Positions 35,524 to 49,400 of a stretch of 64,000 nt of DNA are shown piece after piece. The notes under the pieces were generated by a model, which was not told the origin of the DNA, ran no database searches, and was given only the letters and a program-made list of their open reading frames with translations. A program made the translations under genes and the position numbers. The stretch spans positions 20,770,001-20,834,000 of the forward strand of contig OZ116712.1 of NCBI GenBank assembly GCA_964199315.1, given 5' to 3'. This DNA is from Orbicella franksi. Its lineage: Eukaryota. Within the stretch, counting starts at the first letter, position 1; the number at the start of each line of letters is the position of its first letter.

Positions 35524-36740
35524 CGAATATAATATTTAATACTCGCCACTTGCCCTTATTAAACAATATTCCACAAATTTAAATTATTAGCAATGTGTAC
35601 AGAGGTGACCAAAATGAAGACTAAACTTATTTTCATAAATATCTCAGATTTCTGCATAGATCTTATTACTTTAAAAAACAACAGCTTAATCTTTTCGGCT
35701 CTAACTTCCAACTTCTTTACGGTCTCAGACCAAATAAAAATAAGTTATTTTATCTAAACCACTCACTGTTAGTACGTGAGAACAACTCGTCTCTTATCAC
35801 TTTGGGAGAGCCTCCACTGTGTTTATACTCTGCTAGTTTTAAATCGCGTCTAATTGAGAATTAACTCAGCATTTCAGTCAAATTAATCTGAAATCTCATT
35901 AAAACGTTCAATTGTCTCCTTTAGGCCTTAAAGATTCACCGACTCTCCTCTATTCCCATCTCTTGAAAATCTTTCGCAAGAATAAGTTTCAAAATCTATA
36001 GTAGTTATGCAACAACAAACAATGTAGACCATTACTAGGGTTCCATGAAAGTAGCATTTGACGCTTACACAAGGGTGATTAAACTCTATTTTCGCCTTGT
36101 ACAAATCGCCTGCATCTCAAGAAAATTGGTAAGGAGAATTTAAAACAGTATAATGAAATCTGACTTGATGTTTGAACAGATTCTCCCTAGTGATCCTTCA
36201 GGGTGTCTGTAGAAACTCTGAGGAGAGCTTGGAATTTTTCTGCTGACATTGAGCAGCGGAACGTGCATATCTGTGTTAGAAATAAAACAGCGTTCCTTTT
36301 TAAATAAGTGTATTTATGACAAATCATTTTAAATTGTATTGCGCCGAAGGGCAAATAAACTGTCCATTGTATCATCCCATTATATCTCTGACTTTTTTTT
36401 GAACTTTTTCGTTTTCCACGCAGATAGAAACTACATCAATAAATTAGCAGCTGATAAGCCCAGTTGAAGTTTCAATTGAAGTTGTTCTTTCGAAAGAAAA
36501 CAATTATCTGAAATCGTTTCGATATGGAATGCAACGAATTACCCAGAGGGCATGGAACATTTTTGGATAGCTATCAACAAATAAAGGGATAGAAATTTTG
36601 ATAAAGACGTTTGCTTTAAAATACGTTTATCATATATTTTTTACCCTACAGTCCTTTTGTGAGTGGATTGGTTGACCTCGAGCAAAGCCCTTATAACGCT
36701 ACCCGTGCATCGATGACGCGAAAAGAAAGGTTTATGAATA

Positions 36741-36903
36741 CAGCTGAACCACAGAGGAAACGAAAACTAATTCGAAATAGCGGGAATTGGAAATAACCGA
36801 TAGTAAATGACTGAAGGGCAATTGTATCCAAGGACAATTGCTTTGAGTTCGAAATAACGGGGAGTTCGAAACTAACGGAGTTCGAATTAACGGGGTCCAA
36901 CTG
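36741..36903. mobile_element. Second, diverged copy of the pogo-type MITE at 17589
   Basis: Shared core ttcgaaatagcggga...gaaataaccgat.gtaaatgactgaagggcaa...ttgagttcgaaataac; ends gggtccaactg. Confidence 0.75.
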
Positions 36904-37116
36904 TTCCTCGAAATGTGTATGCATATGAATGATGCATACACATAAATCATGATAAATAACGGAGAAAAATATAAAGGGCGTATAGCAAACTGGCAATGGT
37001 CATGTTAAGAATCTCAACTAAGAAGAGCTTTGAACTTAGGATCATTAAGTTACAACCCTTGCTAAATAAGTCAATTAAAATATTTAGAGAGGAAGTTACA
37101 TCAGCTTTAGCTCAGT

Positions 37117-37308
37117 GATTTTCATGCGGGCCCTCTATCGTGGTCGAATTCGAATTTGGAAATGTTGGTTCTTGTAGAGGGAGGAAAACCGAAGAACACG
37201 AAGAAAAACCCTCCAAGCAAGGCGTGTACCAACAACAAACTCAAGCCACATACAGCACGGGGCAGAAATCGAGGCGAGCGCTCTCACCACTGCGCCAACT
37301 CTGCTCCC
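37117..37308 (-). mobile_element. tRNA-derived SINE-like element with an internal deletion in the tRNA-like head
   Basis: The minus strand begins gggagcagagttggcgcagtggtgagagcgctcgcc (A-box-like TGGCGCAGTGG). The B-box region appears deleted. A related fragment lies at 8403. Confidence 0.65.
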
Positions 37309-39304
37309 CAAAAGCTTAGAATGTATAGAGTGCAGGTTTCAAGCCCTTGCAAGAAATTTTCGCAAATATACCGGGACCTGTCGACCGCGCTGGCGTCAAC
37401 AAGAGGAAAAAACATTGCCCTGTTATATATGCACATCATTGTCATACAAACGACAAATCAAATTTTTTGACGTATGTTATTCCATGTATAATTTTTTTTG
37501 CGTAAATTCGATTTATGGCTGTTTAACATTTTTTACAATGAAGCTTAACTTATGCAATCATTTCGTATATTAAACGAATTCAAAATAATATAAAGAAACA
37601 CTTTCCTTCATGAACCCATTCAGCCCTTTGATTCATTGGTCATCCTTGCAGATCCATGCAAAATCAAAATTACTGATCATATGAACTGCAAGAAGACCAG
37701 CAAAGATAGCTTGCTTTTTGGTATCAGAACTGAAAGAGTATGTCCATTTAGCTTCATTAACAAAAATATATAATTATATTTAAGCATATGATCATTTCAT
37801 TAAATGGTTGGCCCATCGGCCCGTTTATATACCTATTTATAACACTATATGTCTAAAACCTTTCTCCTTCTCCTTATTTACATTATACAGGTTGGCTCCG
37901 TCGAATCAAACAACAGTTAGTTTACTATGACAGTATGTCGTATGATGTGATGGCACATATGCTATAATTGATAAGGGCTTCGTTTAACCTATCGAAACGT
38001 AAGCCAGTAAGAGCTAATGGCAAAAATATAAGACAAAATTATACGATAATACTTTCATTCTTCATGGAAAAGTATTTTAGTATACTGAATTTGTAATATT
38101 TTTTAAAATATCGATCAGGTAGCTTTCAAGTAAAAATATGCATGTTGTTGACATTAGAAACAAGTGGAAGCTACATTAACTTGATGGGCAGCAGAACAAA
38201 CAAAAAAAGCGCTTCAAACACAGTGCACGCTGCAGTTGAAAGATCGCTATGGATACAGATCAAACGCCCCCTTTCCATTTGTCTGGGTCATGAAAGAAGA
38301 TTCTACCTTGTGGATGAAATCCTAAAGTGTGACCATTCATATGAGAGCTAATGAGAAATACTTCTCGTTGATACTGTTAAGTAATTTACTTTCCTAAGTG
38401 ATTGCTCCACTGAATTGTCAAGTTTGTACCTTTGCACATGTAGGAGCTAAAAGGTAATTCCTCTTGTTATTTCTTGGAACAATTTGAATACTTTTTGACG
38501 CGGGCAGGTGGAAAATATTACGAAAAATCACAGCTGGCAACAGCTAGCAGTACAAGATATGCATGGTGATCTACGAGGAAGAGTTAATTGGTCCAATCCT
38601 GGAAATCAAGGGCTAAAAAACCAAACCAATTCTTCTCCTGAGTGATAAAAGGACACAATAACACTTAATAGCTTCATGCTAAATCCGGAAGTTGCCAGCG
38701 TCGAACGGTCGGGTCTATTCAAAAACGCATGTAAGAGGACACCAACACTTGCAAACTAAACAACTAAGAAAAGCAGTCATCCACGCTAACATTTACTCGT
38801 TCATAATCCAACAAGGAGTCAATATACCTTATTTACCCACATCAAGTTACAACGCATCTGATTTCCCAGCTTTCGTGCCGAGAGAGCCAGGAGTCTGCAT
38901 TCTTGTGGTCCCCAACGAACGGACGCGTTATTCCAAAGTCGACCTTACCTCACAGAAAGATATTGATAAAACTCTAAAAGGTTTTGCCCGCTAATGCCAA
39001 AGAAAAACAGGTTTTGTTTCTTGAAAGTCACGTTTTAGAGGATTCTAAGAATAAGTCTAGAACGTTGATCCCTTAAATGCGTTTCGGAGGAAGCGATACT
39101 TCTATCGTATTAGACACTAAACAAGGTTTCTTCAGCTGGCTTGTAGACTATATAAGGATTACTGTCAAAGAACTGTATTTGCAGAATAAGCTATTTACTA
39201 AACTAACTGGTTTTGTGAAAAACCCCGCATATATTAACATAGTTTTCTTACATTTTTAAAAGGGCTTTTTGCCTCTTTTTAGAATCTCCATGACAACACA
39301 CAAT

Positions 39305-39655
39305 TTATCTGGGTGCCATCGGATGCATGTGCGCATGCTCTAAAGGCATATAAGATCCACCGTTTGGACTTGAACAGTAATACGGAGGGGGAGGTGGTGG
39401 TGGCATAAATGAAGGATTTGCACTGGACATAGCCATACTGTTGTTGATAACGGCGTGTGATGGATATGTGGGCATAGGCCGAACTGAATCGTGAGCGGGG
39501 CTCCAGATATTGGCGCTGCAGCTGGCGTATCTGCAGGGAGAAGGCCCTGCTTGACTGGTGTCCTTGTTGGCGGCGGGTGTCTTTGGCTTGGGTTTGGGTT
39601 TGGGCTCTCCCTTACTCTGTTGCCGTACTTTGGCGCGTCGATTTTTGAACCACAC
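39305..39655 (-). CDS. Otx: Otx-3 coding exon 3: VWFKNRRAKVRQQ...NIWSPA...HPMAPR*
   Basis: Acceptor aacAG at 39657-39656. 351 bp to TAA. Contains the Otx WSP motif (IWSPA). Confidence 0.95.
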   Translation of the reverse strand: MWFKNRRAKVRQQSKGEPKPKPKPKTPAANKDTSQAGPSPCRYASCSANIWSPAHDSVRPMPTYPSHAVINNSMAMSSANPSFMPPPPPPPYYCSSPNGGSYMPLEHAHMHPMAPR

Positions 39656-41837
39656 CTGTTGTATGATCAAAATAAACAAAAAATACTCCGTTTAATTGCA
39701 AATGGCGCCTGCGAAACAAGTGGAATTCAATTGTTGTCTAGTGGTTTGTTTATTTTGTATCTAGTGGCGGTTTATACTGAGTAGTAATAGCGGTTTGAAC
39801 AGATAAGACGGGAAAAACTAACGAAAGCTTGATTAGAAGCTTTACCAGGAAAAGTTGATCTAACAACTCAATAAAACTCAGTTAACAAGTTAGGAAGGTT
39901 ACAGTGATGTTTTTTATCGCGGTTTTATACAACTTTTCGCCGGTTTAAGTGAGCGTGACTTTTGGGAAAGGCCTTAAGTAGTTTTTTCTGGAAAGTTTCA
40001 TTTTGAAATAAATACAATATAGAGCTAGACACGTAATATAACAACGCACGCAAAACGGAGGTCAAGCTCACTGTCGAGACAAGCCTGCACACGCGATCAT
40101 AAAACACGCGCATGTATAACATAAAGAGACATTCTTCTTGGAGTAAAATCAAATTTGTTTGATAATATCGCGAAATATAGGTTCTTTATTAGCCTAAAAG
40201 GTTCGAATGAAAGAAAAATTAACCTTAAAGACATTACGTGAGAACAGATGGGTTGTCTGAGGGCGTGAAATGTTTGACACTACAATTGTGTGTACGTACA
40301 CAACACAGGCACCCTTAAAAGGCTAAATGCTCGGAAGTTGAAATATTTTAATTTAATTAACTGAATTACACCTGACTTGGGGCTAGGCTGGGGCCAAACT
40401 GCATACGAATTTTTTCTATCTGAAATTGGCAATTAAAACTGAAAAATTAAAATGATGCTTTACTGTTTTGCATCCCACTCAATTTTCATTCAGTTAAATT
40501 CTCGACAACAAAACGTCCTGTAGGAATGACGTATGAAGACTCAATAACATGTTTTTCAGTTTGGATGTGTCCTGTTTGAAAGTACCTTAACCTGGTCATT
40601 TTAGGGTAAATTCATCATTTAGTAAAAAAAATGGGTGCTCAAGTATTAAGATTTATCACATTTTATTGTTTAAAACACGAACTAAATGGAACAATTTTCC
40701 ACAAACGACCGACTACGACTGTGAGTTTCAGTTGTACAATTCTTAAGTTGGGATTATGTTGACCGTTTTTCACTATCACGGCTTCTACGTAGTTTTCTTG
40801 TTAATATGGACAGGTTATTCCCTTTGTCTTCCTCCATATTTGATACTTTTGACGAGAAGGAATCATCTCTTAACACACGAACCAAATGAATTGGGAGACG
40901 TTGAAGAATTGACCCCAAAATTGGCAAATCAAGTAAACGTGCCGGAAAAAATGGGAAAACTTTTCTTCATTGCGCAGCCAATTTGCGGTTAACAAAAAAC
41001 CGTCTTGTCTTCTTTAAATGTTGTCAAGTTTGGTCCAAAGCACGTATAGAAAATGTGTTTGCTGGAGGCCAAAAAGACAACCGATTATCTCTGTCCTAAC
41101 TGAGTTCAGAGTAGTTCCAGCAGGATTTTGCCAAGAATTGACACAGGTTTATTGTTCTGAAGCCACCAACAAAACGTGAAACTATGCTATAGAGTAACCC
41201 CGATGTAACAGGAAAAAGTTTTGCATGCTTAACACACGTTTACATTTGGGGCCAAACATCAGTTCAAGAACCAAAACAAAGACATATTGACAAATTTGCG
41301 AGAAAAGAATTTGAAGATGCTTAGCTTGTTGTAACTCCATCAATTTGTGGAATTCAAGGAAACAGAGAGGAATGGCGTGCAAAATCTTTAACTTTGTATT
41401 TAGGGAGTTGTAATTCCACCTGAGTGACTCGACTGGGAAAAAGAGAGAAGAAGAAGAGAGAAAAGAGAACAAACTCTCTGATCTTTGTGAAAATACCTAG
41501 TGTATTCATATCAAACGTTTGGAGTTAAGCAGTGCCAACATTCCCGGCCCCACCTCGCTACCTTCGACTCTTTTGAAATACAAAGTTTCCTAACGTTCTC
41601 AGTTGTCTTTTTACAGTCAAAATCGAGTTATAGAAAAGACAGGTTTTACAATAATTGCCAGTAGGCAAGCTTCAGGCATTCCGATGGGCATATTTTATAG
41701 CTTGTCGCATGCCCCCCGATTAGGGACTCACTTGACACCGTTGTCGCCATCCTCTAGCTCTCCGCCTTCACTGCAATGTTGCACGTCTAGAGAATAAGAG
41801 TATTCATTAACTCAGAAAAAACTGAGATCTTTTTTAC

Positions 41838-41989
41838 CTGAACCCTGGATTCTGGTAGATTGATTTTCATGGCAACTTCTTCTCTCATAAAGATATCAGG
41901 ATACTTTGTCTTGGAGAATAGCTCCTCCAATATTTCTAGTTGTGCTTTGGTGAAAGTTGTCCTCTCACGTCTTTGTTTTCTTGGGTAGC
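41838..41989 (-). CDS. Otx: Otx-3 coding exon 2: (G)[50 protein letters not shown]
   Basis: 152 bp, acceptor tattttcAG, donor CAG|GTAAAA. Canonical Otx [12 protein letters not shown]. Confidence 0.97.
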
Positions 41990-43327
41990 CTGAAAATATA
42001 GTTGCATGGAATCACGAGAAAATTCTTTGAAATTTCTTCTGCATTGGTTGGATACCTCATACAGCAATATCTCAGCCTTAGAACATCGGCATTTCGTTAT
42101 CCTACTGCAAGCAGTGGAACCTTCACCAAACCAATTAAATTTGAGTTATAGGAATCGTGGACAATTCTCTAAATTTTCTTTCTCTAAATGTCCTTTCTCC
42201 TAAACTTAAATACAACAATCAGTGAAGTCTTGATATGTTAAACATTGTATAAAAATATTTACTTTGGTGCTTTCTGAATTTCAAACAATGGTATGCTCGG
42301 CTGTGATCTTTAAAGAGACCAGGTGCGATATTTTCAGAGGTATTCAGTTTGGTAAAATTGAAAGAATAAATATTTGAGTTGATCTGTTTCTTCAGCAGGC
42401 GCCCATTTATCATTTGCAATGCCAATAATAAACTGGAAATAACATTGCACTGTTCAAATTGCGGTCTCTTTATCATGTTTTTTATTGTTTTACTGATCTC
42501 ACTAAGAAGAACACTGACGATATTTCCGTTGTCATTGGAAAGATAACTGTAAATGCCGTCAAATCAAAGCTACAGTCATTAACCACAGAAGCGGCCAAAT
42601 GTATATTTTCAGTAATAATGTTATCATTAATGTCAGGCTTCACAGCAGCGGCTTTCCTAGCCGCAAACGAGTAGTTAGGATATTTCAACAGGAAGAATGT
42701 ATCTATGCCCCTTAATGGACGCTTGTCTAAAAATACGTAGTCGTTTGAAAATCGGCCTAACTTAAATAGTTTTCGCGCCCACAAATCCTAGATGAAAATC
42801 AGGCACGTTCCACGCTGCAGCAGATTTGAACGATTTGTGACCATCTTAACAAGAATCAAACTTGATGATTATATTTATGTGCAATAGGCAAAAATCCGTT
42901 GAGACAAATACGAAACAGATGTTAACGAATCTAGTGTGATTGCCAATATTTGGGAAAAAGTACTAATTTATCTCGCGTTTTGTCCCCGGTGAGGGCTCTT
43001 AAATAGGCTTTGTCGAAGCTTGCACTCATCGAAATGCCTTTCACGAATTCTAAATCCACGCATCTGGGAGGTCTCGCTTAACTAGAAAACGCACTAAATA
43101 GACAAGAATCGAGCTAACCAATGGTGGTTTCAAAGACCTCTCGAAGTATCTAACACAGCCCGAAAATAGGAAAAAACTTCCTTCTTCTGAAAAGACTATT
43201 CTTCTGGTCACCGCGAACTCATTCGAATTGTCATAACCATAATGTGTTAGTACAATGCCGACTCTGACGAGGCATTATGCATGTGTTCTTTCATGTCTAA
43301 AAATAAAGTTGAAATCTTGACTCTTAC

Positions 43328-43430
43328 CATAAGGTGGAGCAACCATTGGGGAAAACATGTCGGCGGTTCTTGGAGGCATGTTAAGTCCATTGACCGGGTA
43401 CGGTGGATAATGGTTCAGAAAGCCCGCCAT
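43328..43430 (-). CDS. Otx: Otx-3 coding exon 1: MAGFLNHYPPYPVNGLNMPPRTADMFSPMVAPPY(G)
   Basis: caaaATGG start context, donor TAT G|GTAAGA. PPYPVNGL resembles the bilaterian Otx N-terminus (PPYAVNGL). Spliced product 201 aa. Confidence 0.92.
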
Positions 43431-46400
43431 TTTGGATTCTTGGTGTAAACTAGAGAGTGAGTTGTAGGCCGCGTGCTATGGAATCAAATGAAAACACGAA
43501 ATGATGAGCTCGCGGCTTAGTCGCGCGACCTTCTTTACCGGCTTGGCCCCTGAAGGCCCCCCCTGCAGATCATACCTGTCAAGGTATTAATACAAAAGAC
43601 GGGACAGAAAATCCGCTTGTTAAAGGACCTTCCTGAAATTCAACATAATAAAAACAAGCCCCTGAAAGCTACACCCAACTTGCCAGATTATTTGGATCCA
43701 GGTCAAGGAAACTATGCGTGCGATTAGGTGACCAAACCTTAGCGAATTTTGCAGCCCGCCGTTCCACGCCAGTGAACGAGGCTAGCGTTTTTATTTGTCG
43801 TACATCAAAACAAGAATATTCATTGCTCTTTTTCTAATTTAAGGCTATGTGGGAGGTCGAACAATTTGCAATGGTAGCCAAAAAGGAAGCCGCATTGCTC
43901 CAAAATGAAAAATTCACATTGGATTAAGACTGTCACGATGTCACGAGAATTGAAACCATGCACGTTTTCGCGCTAGAACCCTCTTCGTGAATATTCTCAA
44001 ACGGAAACATTCAAACACTTATCTATCCTGGAACATTTCCCTTCCATTAACAGCTAGCGTTAAAATAACTACAAAAGGTTCGACGGCTCTCGTGATAAAA
44101 TCCCATCGTAAAAAGGGAAAAATTCAAGTTTAACTGCGGAAAAATGCCGTTAATTTTCATTGCGGAAGTCCATTCCGTGATGATGGGTTACGAAATTAGT
44201 GACATTTGTTGAAGAGGATTCCGCAAATCTATAGCACTTGAAAAGAAAATAACAAAATCTGCAAGGAGACATAATAAAACTGACACGGTCTAGTTTTTGT
44301 TATTAATTACGAGAACCAATAGGAGCCATTGAGTTAATTAATAAGTATGATTTTTGCTCCAAAGAAGTCATTGAAATAAGCGAGAACAAAAGTATAATGA
44401 TTGTTAACAATTGTCGCAGCGAATCACCTAGAAAGACTGCTTAGAACTCACTCGCACACAATCTATTAAGTTTTAAAACCGTTCTGATATATCCAGTTTA
44501 AAAGAAGTCGTATTGTTTAAGAAACGAAAAAGCCAATTGCGCTATCACGCTTTCGTTCTGTCGTTTAGCATCTAGTTAACGCACCGCTGACGTTAGTTAA
44601 TTGGAAAACACGTCATCAGTCGTATTGTGAAGGAATTCTGTTGACGCCGATCTGAGCAGAGATCTATAGAATAATTTCATTTCATTGTCCACGAACTTTT
44701 CAACCTTTTTGAGCTAAGAAAAACCTCAGAACTTCAGAACATCAAAGTGGTTGAAAGTAGTTGATACGTTAAAGAGCTCTTTCCGTCCAAACGATGACAA
44801 AAAGTTAATCAGCAGTTACTTTTTTTTCTTTTTGGCTTGGAATTTATTCAAGTAGAATATGAGACAGAGATTTTTTTTTTCATAGCTTTGAAAAGATACC
44901 CAACCGATTGCAAGTCAAACAATCCTGAAAATCGTGTTACAAACAAACAAAAAATCATGCACATCAATGATTTTGTCCGACAGAAGGTCACAAGATTTAT
45001 AGGCTTTCGTGTTTGTTTCACCCTGAGAAAAAAGGTAAAGAGACATAGAGGAGTCATATAGTATTTTCTTAATTCAATGATCTGATATGGCGATTAAGCC
45101 GACCCAGGTGAAACTTCAGATCGACCCTATCCCACCCACAAAAACTTGACTGAGCTACTGCAGTCCCCGATATTACAGTAAAAGCCGGGAACCTTACAAT
45201 TACTGAACTCGGGTCCAAACTTTCTGTGAAGACATTTCTTTTGGCTGAGGATTAACTTAATTTCACTAGCTATTTTTCTGCTAGTAAATAGGAAATACAG
45301 GTCAATAAAGACCAGACGATCAGGATGAGGAATCAATTCTTTGGTGCATGCGAGCGTTTCGTGATGAAGAAGTCGTTGGATGGAAGTAATAATTGGAAAT
45401 GAAAGGTCGTAATTCAAAATCTCGCTTAAAACACGTGTGGAGAATCAGTTTACAAGATTAATTAATCACCAAACTCGTTGTAAGAGTGAGTTGAAAAAGT
45501 GTAAGCACTGCGGATATGTTGTCGCGTTCTGATCCGCGAGAAGATAATAAAACAGACCTGGTACTTACTTTTGTCGTTAATTTACGAAAGGAAACCGCAG
45601 AGTCGTAGATATTGAAAGATTGCGATTGATAGCCTTGTTTCACGACGAGTGAGTTGTAGCTAATGACTAAACAGAAGGGTGAGTGCACTGAAAAACACTG
45701 AGTACTCACTAATTGAACAGCTCGCGTTTCCTTGAGGAAAGAATTGAGAACACATTTGGAAAAGTAAGAACTCGGGATGGGCAGGCATCCGTCTTGTGTC
45801 TCATACACAGAAAAGGACATTGCTTCTTTCTTTGATGTCCTTTGTCACAACTTGCTCGTCATGCAATAAAGCCAATGGCTTCCTGATTCGAGACATTGCT
45901 AGTGACTCCTTATGGCCGTTAAGTTGAAAGAATAACCTCCTTTAATTTAATTTTTCAAAGAATAGGACGGATGTTCCATGGATTCGCGCGCACTAATCCA
46001 GTGACAACTTCAGTTTACTGAAGGCTTTAATCATTTTGTTTAACGAAAGTATTGCATGAAATGACACAAGAATGGGGCGGCCTAGCGAAAAGCTTAATTC
46101 TCAAAGACACGAAAAACGTAGTGATCCTTTTATTCCATAGTTGTATTTGCGCCACCACACAACGGCCGCCAAAAGTCAACTTTTATCATGTCACTCAAGA
46201 TGGATGGATTCGTATCTATCCCGAATTCAAAAGATTTTCAATTAGAACCAAAGGTGAACTAATTAGCGATTTAATTTTAAGACTGTTAGGTTTTTGGGCC
46301 TTGCTTATAAGCTCAGGCTATTGGAAAAAGCGGGCAGTCTGTAACACGCCACCCTTGGTAAACAAAGAGAACGACTGCCTCATCGGTTTAACACTGAAAC

Positions 46401-49400
46401 TCTCGGCACCAAGTCAAAGTTTTGTTTTACGTGAAACAGTTGTCTCTTTTTTCTGAATTTAACGACATGTCACGGAGGCAAAGATCTTTTAGTTAGTGGG
46501 TCTGGAATTTTAAAACAAGAAAATGTCAGCTTCTTCCTTTTATATCGCTTCCCAGACATAACATCTAGATCTGCTGTCTTTTAAATGCTTATCTTGGTGG
46601 GTTCGAGTGAAGCTTCTCGACTTTTCATGAGTGGGTGGGTTACTCGGTTTTATTCAATCGTATAAATTGTTTCTACAGATCAGACAAAGCTGACAATAAA
46701 GCCATTCTTTTTTGAACACCCCCTCTCAACCCCCAGTTCCTTTGTTAACCAATTAAGAAAAAGGTTCTGTGCCAAATGTGCCTTTAGAGCCTATTATTTA
46801 GGTCAGTTGTTTGTAATCAAGATATTGAAACGTTTTTCTCAAAGATCGTGAAAGAACTTAAACCATTCATCACGGATGGGGCAAAAGGTTGGCCAAAGTT
46901 GTGGCCAAAAATTTTAAACCCTAATTTAATTCCCCTGTTTCATTTTATAACAAACGTAATGCTAAAAGACAAAGTAAGATATAACACTGAATCTTTAATC
47001 AAAAAATTTACTTTCATTTTCAACAAAAAAGGATGCGTTTTATTGAAAAATTCGTAGTAAAGCAAAATTCAAATTAAGTCGCCTGTTGTGGCTTTTCTCA
47101 AATGAAAGGCTGATATTCTACAGAATAAAGTGTTATTATACTCAAGCACAAGAGAGTGATTCAGTCAACCTTGAAAAAATTAAAAAAAAAATGCTTTCGC
47201 TAAGCTGAGATTTTGAGATTGTACTCTAAAGTTTCTTGGCAAAAGAGTATTAGATTGGAATAAAACCGAATACTCAGTAACATTTTATTGGCATTACTTC
47301 AATCAATTTTTAAATCCTAAAATTCAATTTGCTTTTCCCCCGAACACGGACATTTTTTGCGCATTGCAAAATTGAACACTCGAATCTTCTTTTTGTACCC
47401 TCGTGAGTGACGAATTCATGCACGAACATTTGCTTTGTTCGCCAAGTTTCCGGATTAGGATTTACGCTGTGGTTTTTCGATCAATTTCAGGCACACAACG
47501 TGGAACTAAGTGAGAGCAAGGCGACACGATCATGGAGTAGCTCAATGCAAACGTTGACAAAAAGAAAACAATTTCTTATTTCATTGGCTTCCGTTAGAAA
47601 CCACATGGTGAGGGGTACTCCAGGACTCCCGCTTGGAATTCAAACATTTATTTAGAAAACCCTCCCGCTGCGCGTCAGCAGAACATTATTTTGTTCTTTT
47701 GAGTGGAATCCCCGTTTCATCTTAGTCCAAATGTTTGTCTGTTCACGCATTTTTGTGTTCAGTCAGTGACGACCTACATGAACAAGAAAACAGTTGCGCC
47801 ATTAGTAAGTATCTAATTTACGTTCGTGATCTATAAACAGTCTTATATAAACAGTACTCCAAACTGTGTTTCCTTTGGTCTCAATGACTAAGGGATCGGT
47901 CACCCGATAAGCGATCTCAAACACCCTTTGCGTTGTTCAAATGGCCTAAGACAATTTTTACGCAATTATCTCCACACAACGTACAGATCGACACTTCGAA
48001 ATACTGATTGCACCGAGTTCTTTCAGAGATAAAGATACTTTTAACTGTCCTTTATAACATGCTGATCTCGAAGTCGATATGAAGTGCAAGCAAACACAAA
48101 CTTTAACACGAAACGCTCAATCTAACAGGGAACTGTAAAAACATCGACGTAAATATTGATCCAGGAAGGTCGTTAAATTCGTACAAAGCTTGTTGCTTTT
48201 TTGTAATTTCTCGGGTCATAGCAGAGATCAAGACAGGTAAGCCCCATAGCACATGTCTGTTGTAGGTCGTCCTGTCTCTTTTAATACTAATCTTAAAAGG
48301 TTGTCTGTCTATTAACCGCGAAACAGTTGACCATCTGTGTGGGAAACTCACCTCTTGTGTGAGTTCTCAGACTCTGCGGTTGACAAGTGGGAAATATTTC
48401 TGAGTGAAAACACAACGAGAACCGTTTGACAAGTGCTGTAATGACTACAACGTGAAGGCAGATATATCGATACAAGCGCTTTGCGGGATTTCGTGGATTC
48501 TTATTATCGGAATAATTGGTTTTTGAAAGCGTTTGGTGATCTTTCTTTCACCTCGAAGGATTATTTCTTTTCTATCCTATTATTAAAGGGCCTAAAGGAA
48601 TAGCTGTTTCCAAATACGACAGCTTATAAAGGCAATGTCGCCTTATTGGTGTGCAATGCAATTTTCCTATCAAGCTACAGTAACTAAAATCATCGGGAAC
48701 AAAGAGTTTATTGTTGGCTTTTTCTTCGCAATCCTTGGGGCGGTGTTTAACACAGCATGTTGTTGTGTTGATGAATACGACACGGTCATAAGCCTCTGTA
48801 AATTGTCCTGGATTCCGTGCTCGTCTAGCTGAAGAACTTGTCCCTCCCACAAGCTGATAAACAGGCAGGTAAAATTCGACTTAGCTAGAAAATACGCTCA
48901 GTGCTAAATCTCGGTCGAGAAGTACTTAGCACGTTTTTCGTAAGGAAGTGATTTCGCTCGACTTTCCGGGCATCAATGGTCGGGTCATTAACTACGGCTC
49001 TGACAACCTCTGCCTACAATTTAGTCGCGTTGACTTAAAGGTTAAAATTATTCTGCCTTCTAAGTAACACATATCTAAACCAGAAACAGAGCTGTGTAAT
49101 CCAAGCACGGATTTAATAAAGACTAACGGGAGCTGCTTGTCAAATGGCGGAACGAAATCAGTCGAGATGCTCTGATTAGTATGACTGTCTGCTGCGCTTT
49201 CGTTTTGCAATGTTGCTGTTTCACTGGCTTTTAATAGCTTTAGTAGCTTATTTTTTAACCCTGTTTAATACAGTAATGAAAAATATTTAAAGATGTTCTG
49301 AAAACAAGAATGGCGTATAGATGGAGCATGGATTAAATTGAGAAGTCAAGATTACTCTACCACGGTAGAATAAAACATGGCGGGGGCAGATGAAGATGCG

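Noticed and set aside
45458-45820. 120-aa ATG-initiated minus-strand ORF 2 kb upstream of Otx-3
   Set aside because: No recognisable domain and Ser/Leu/Val-rich composition typical of random AT-rich ORFs. Needs expression data.
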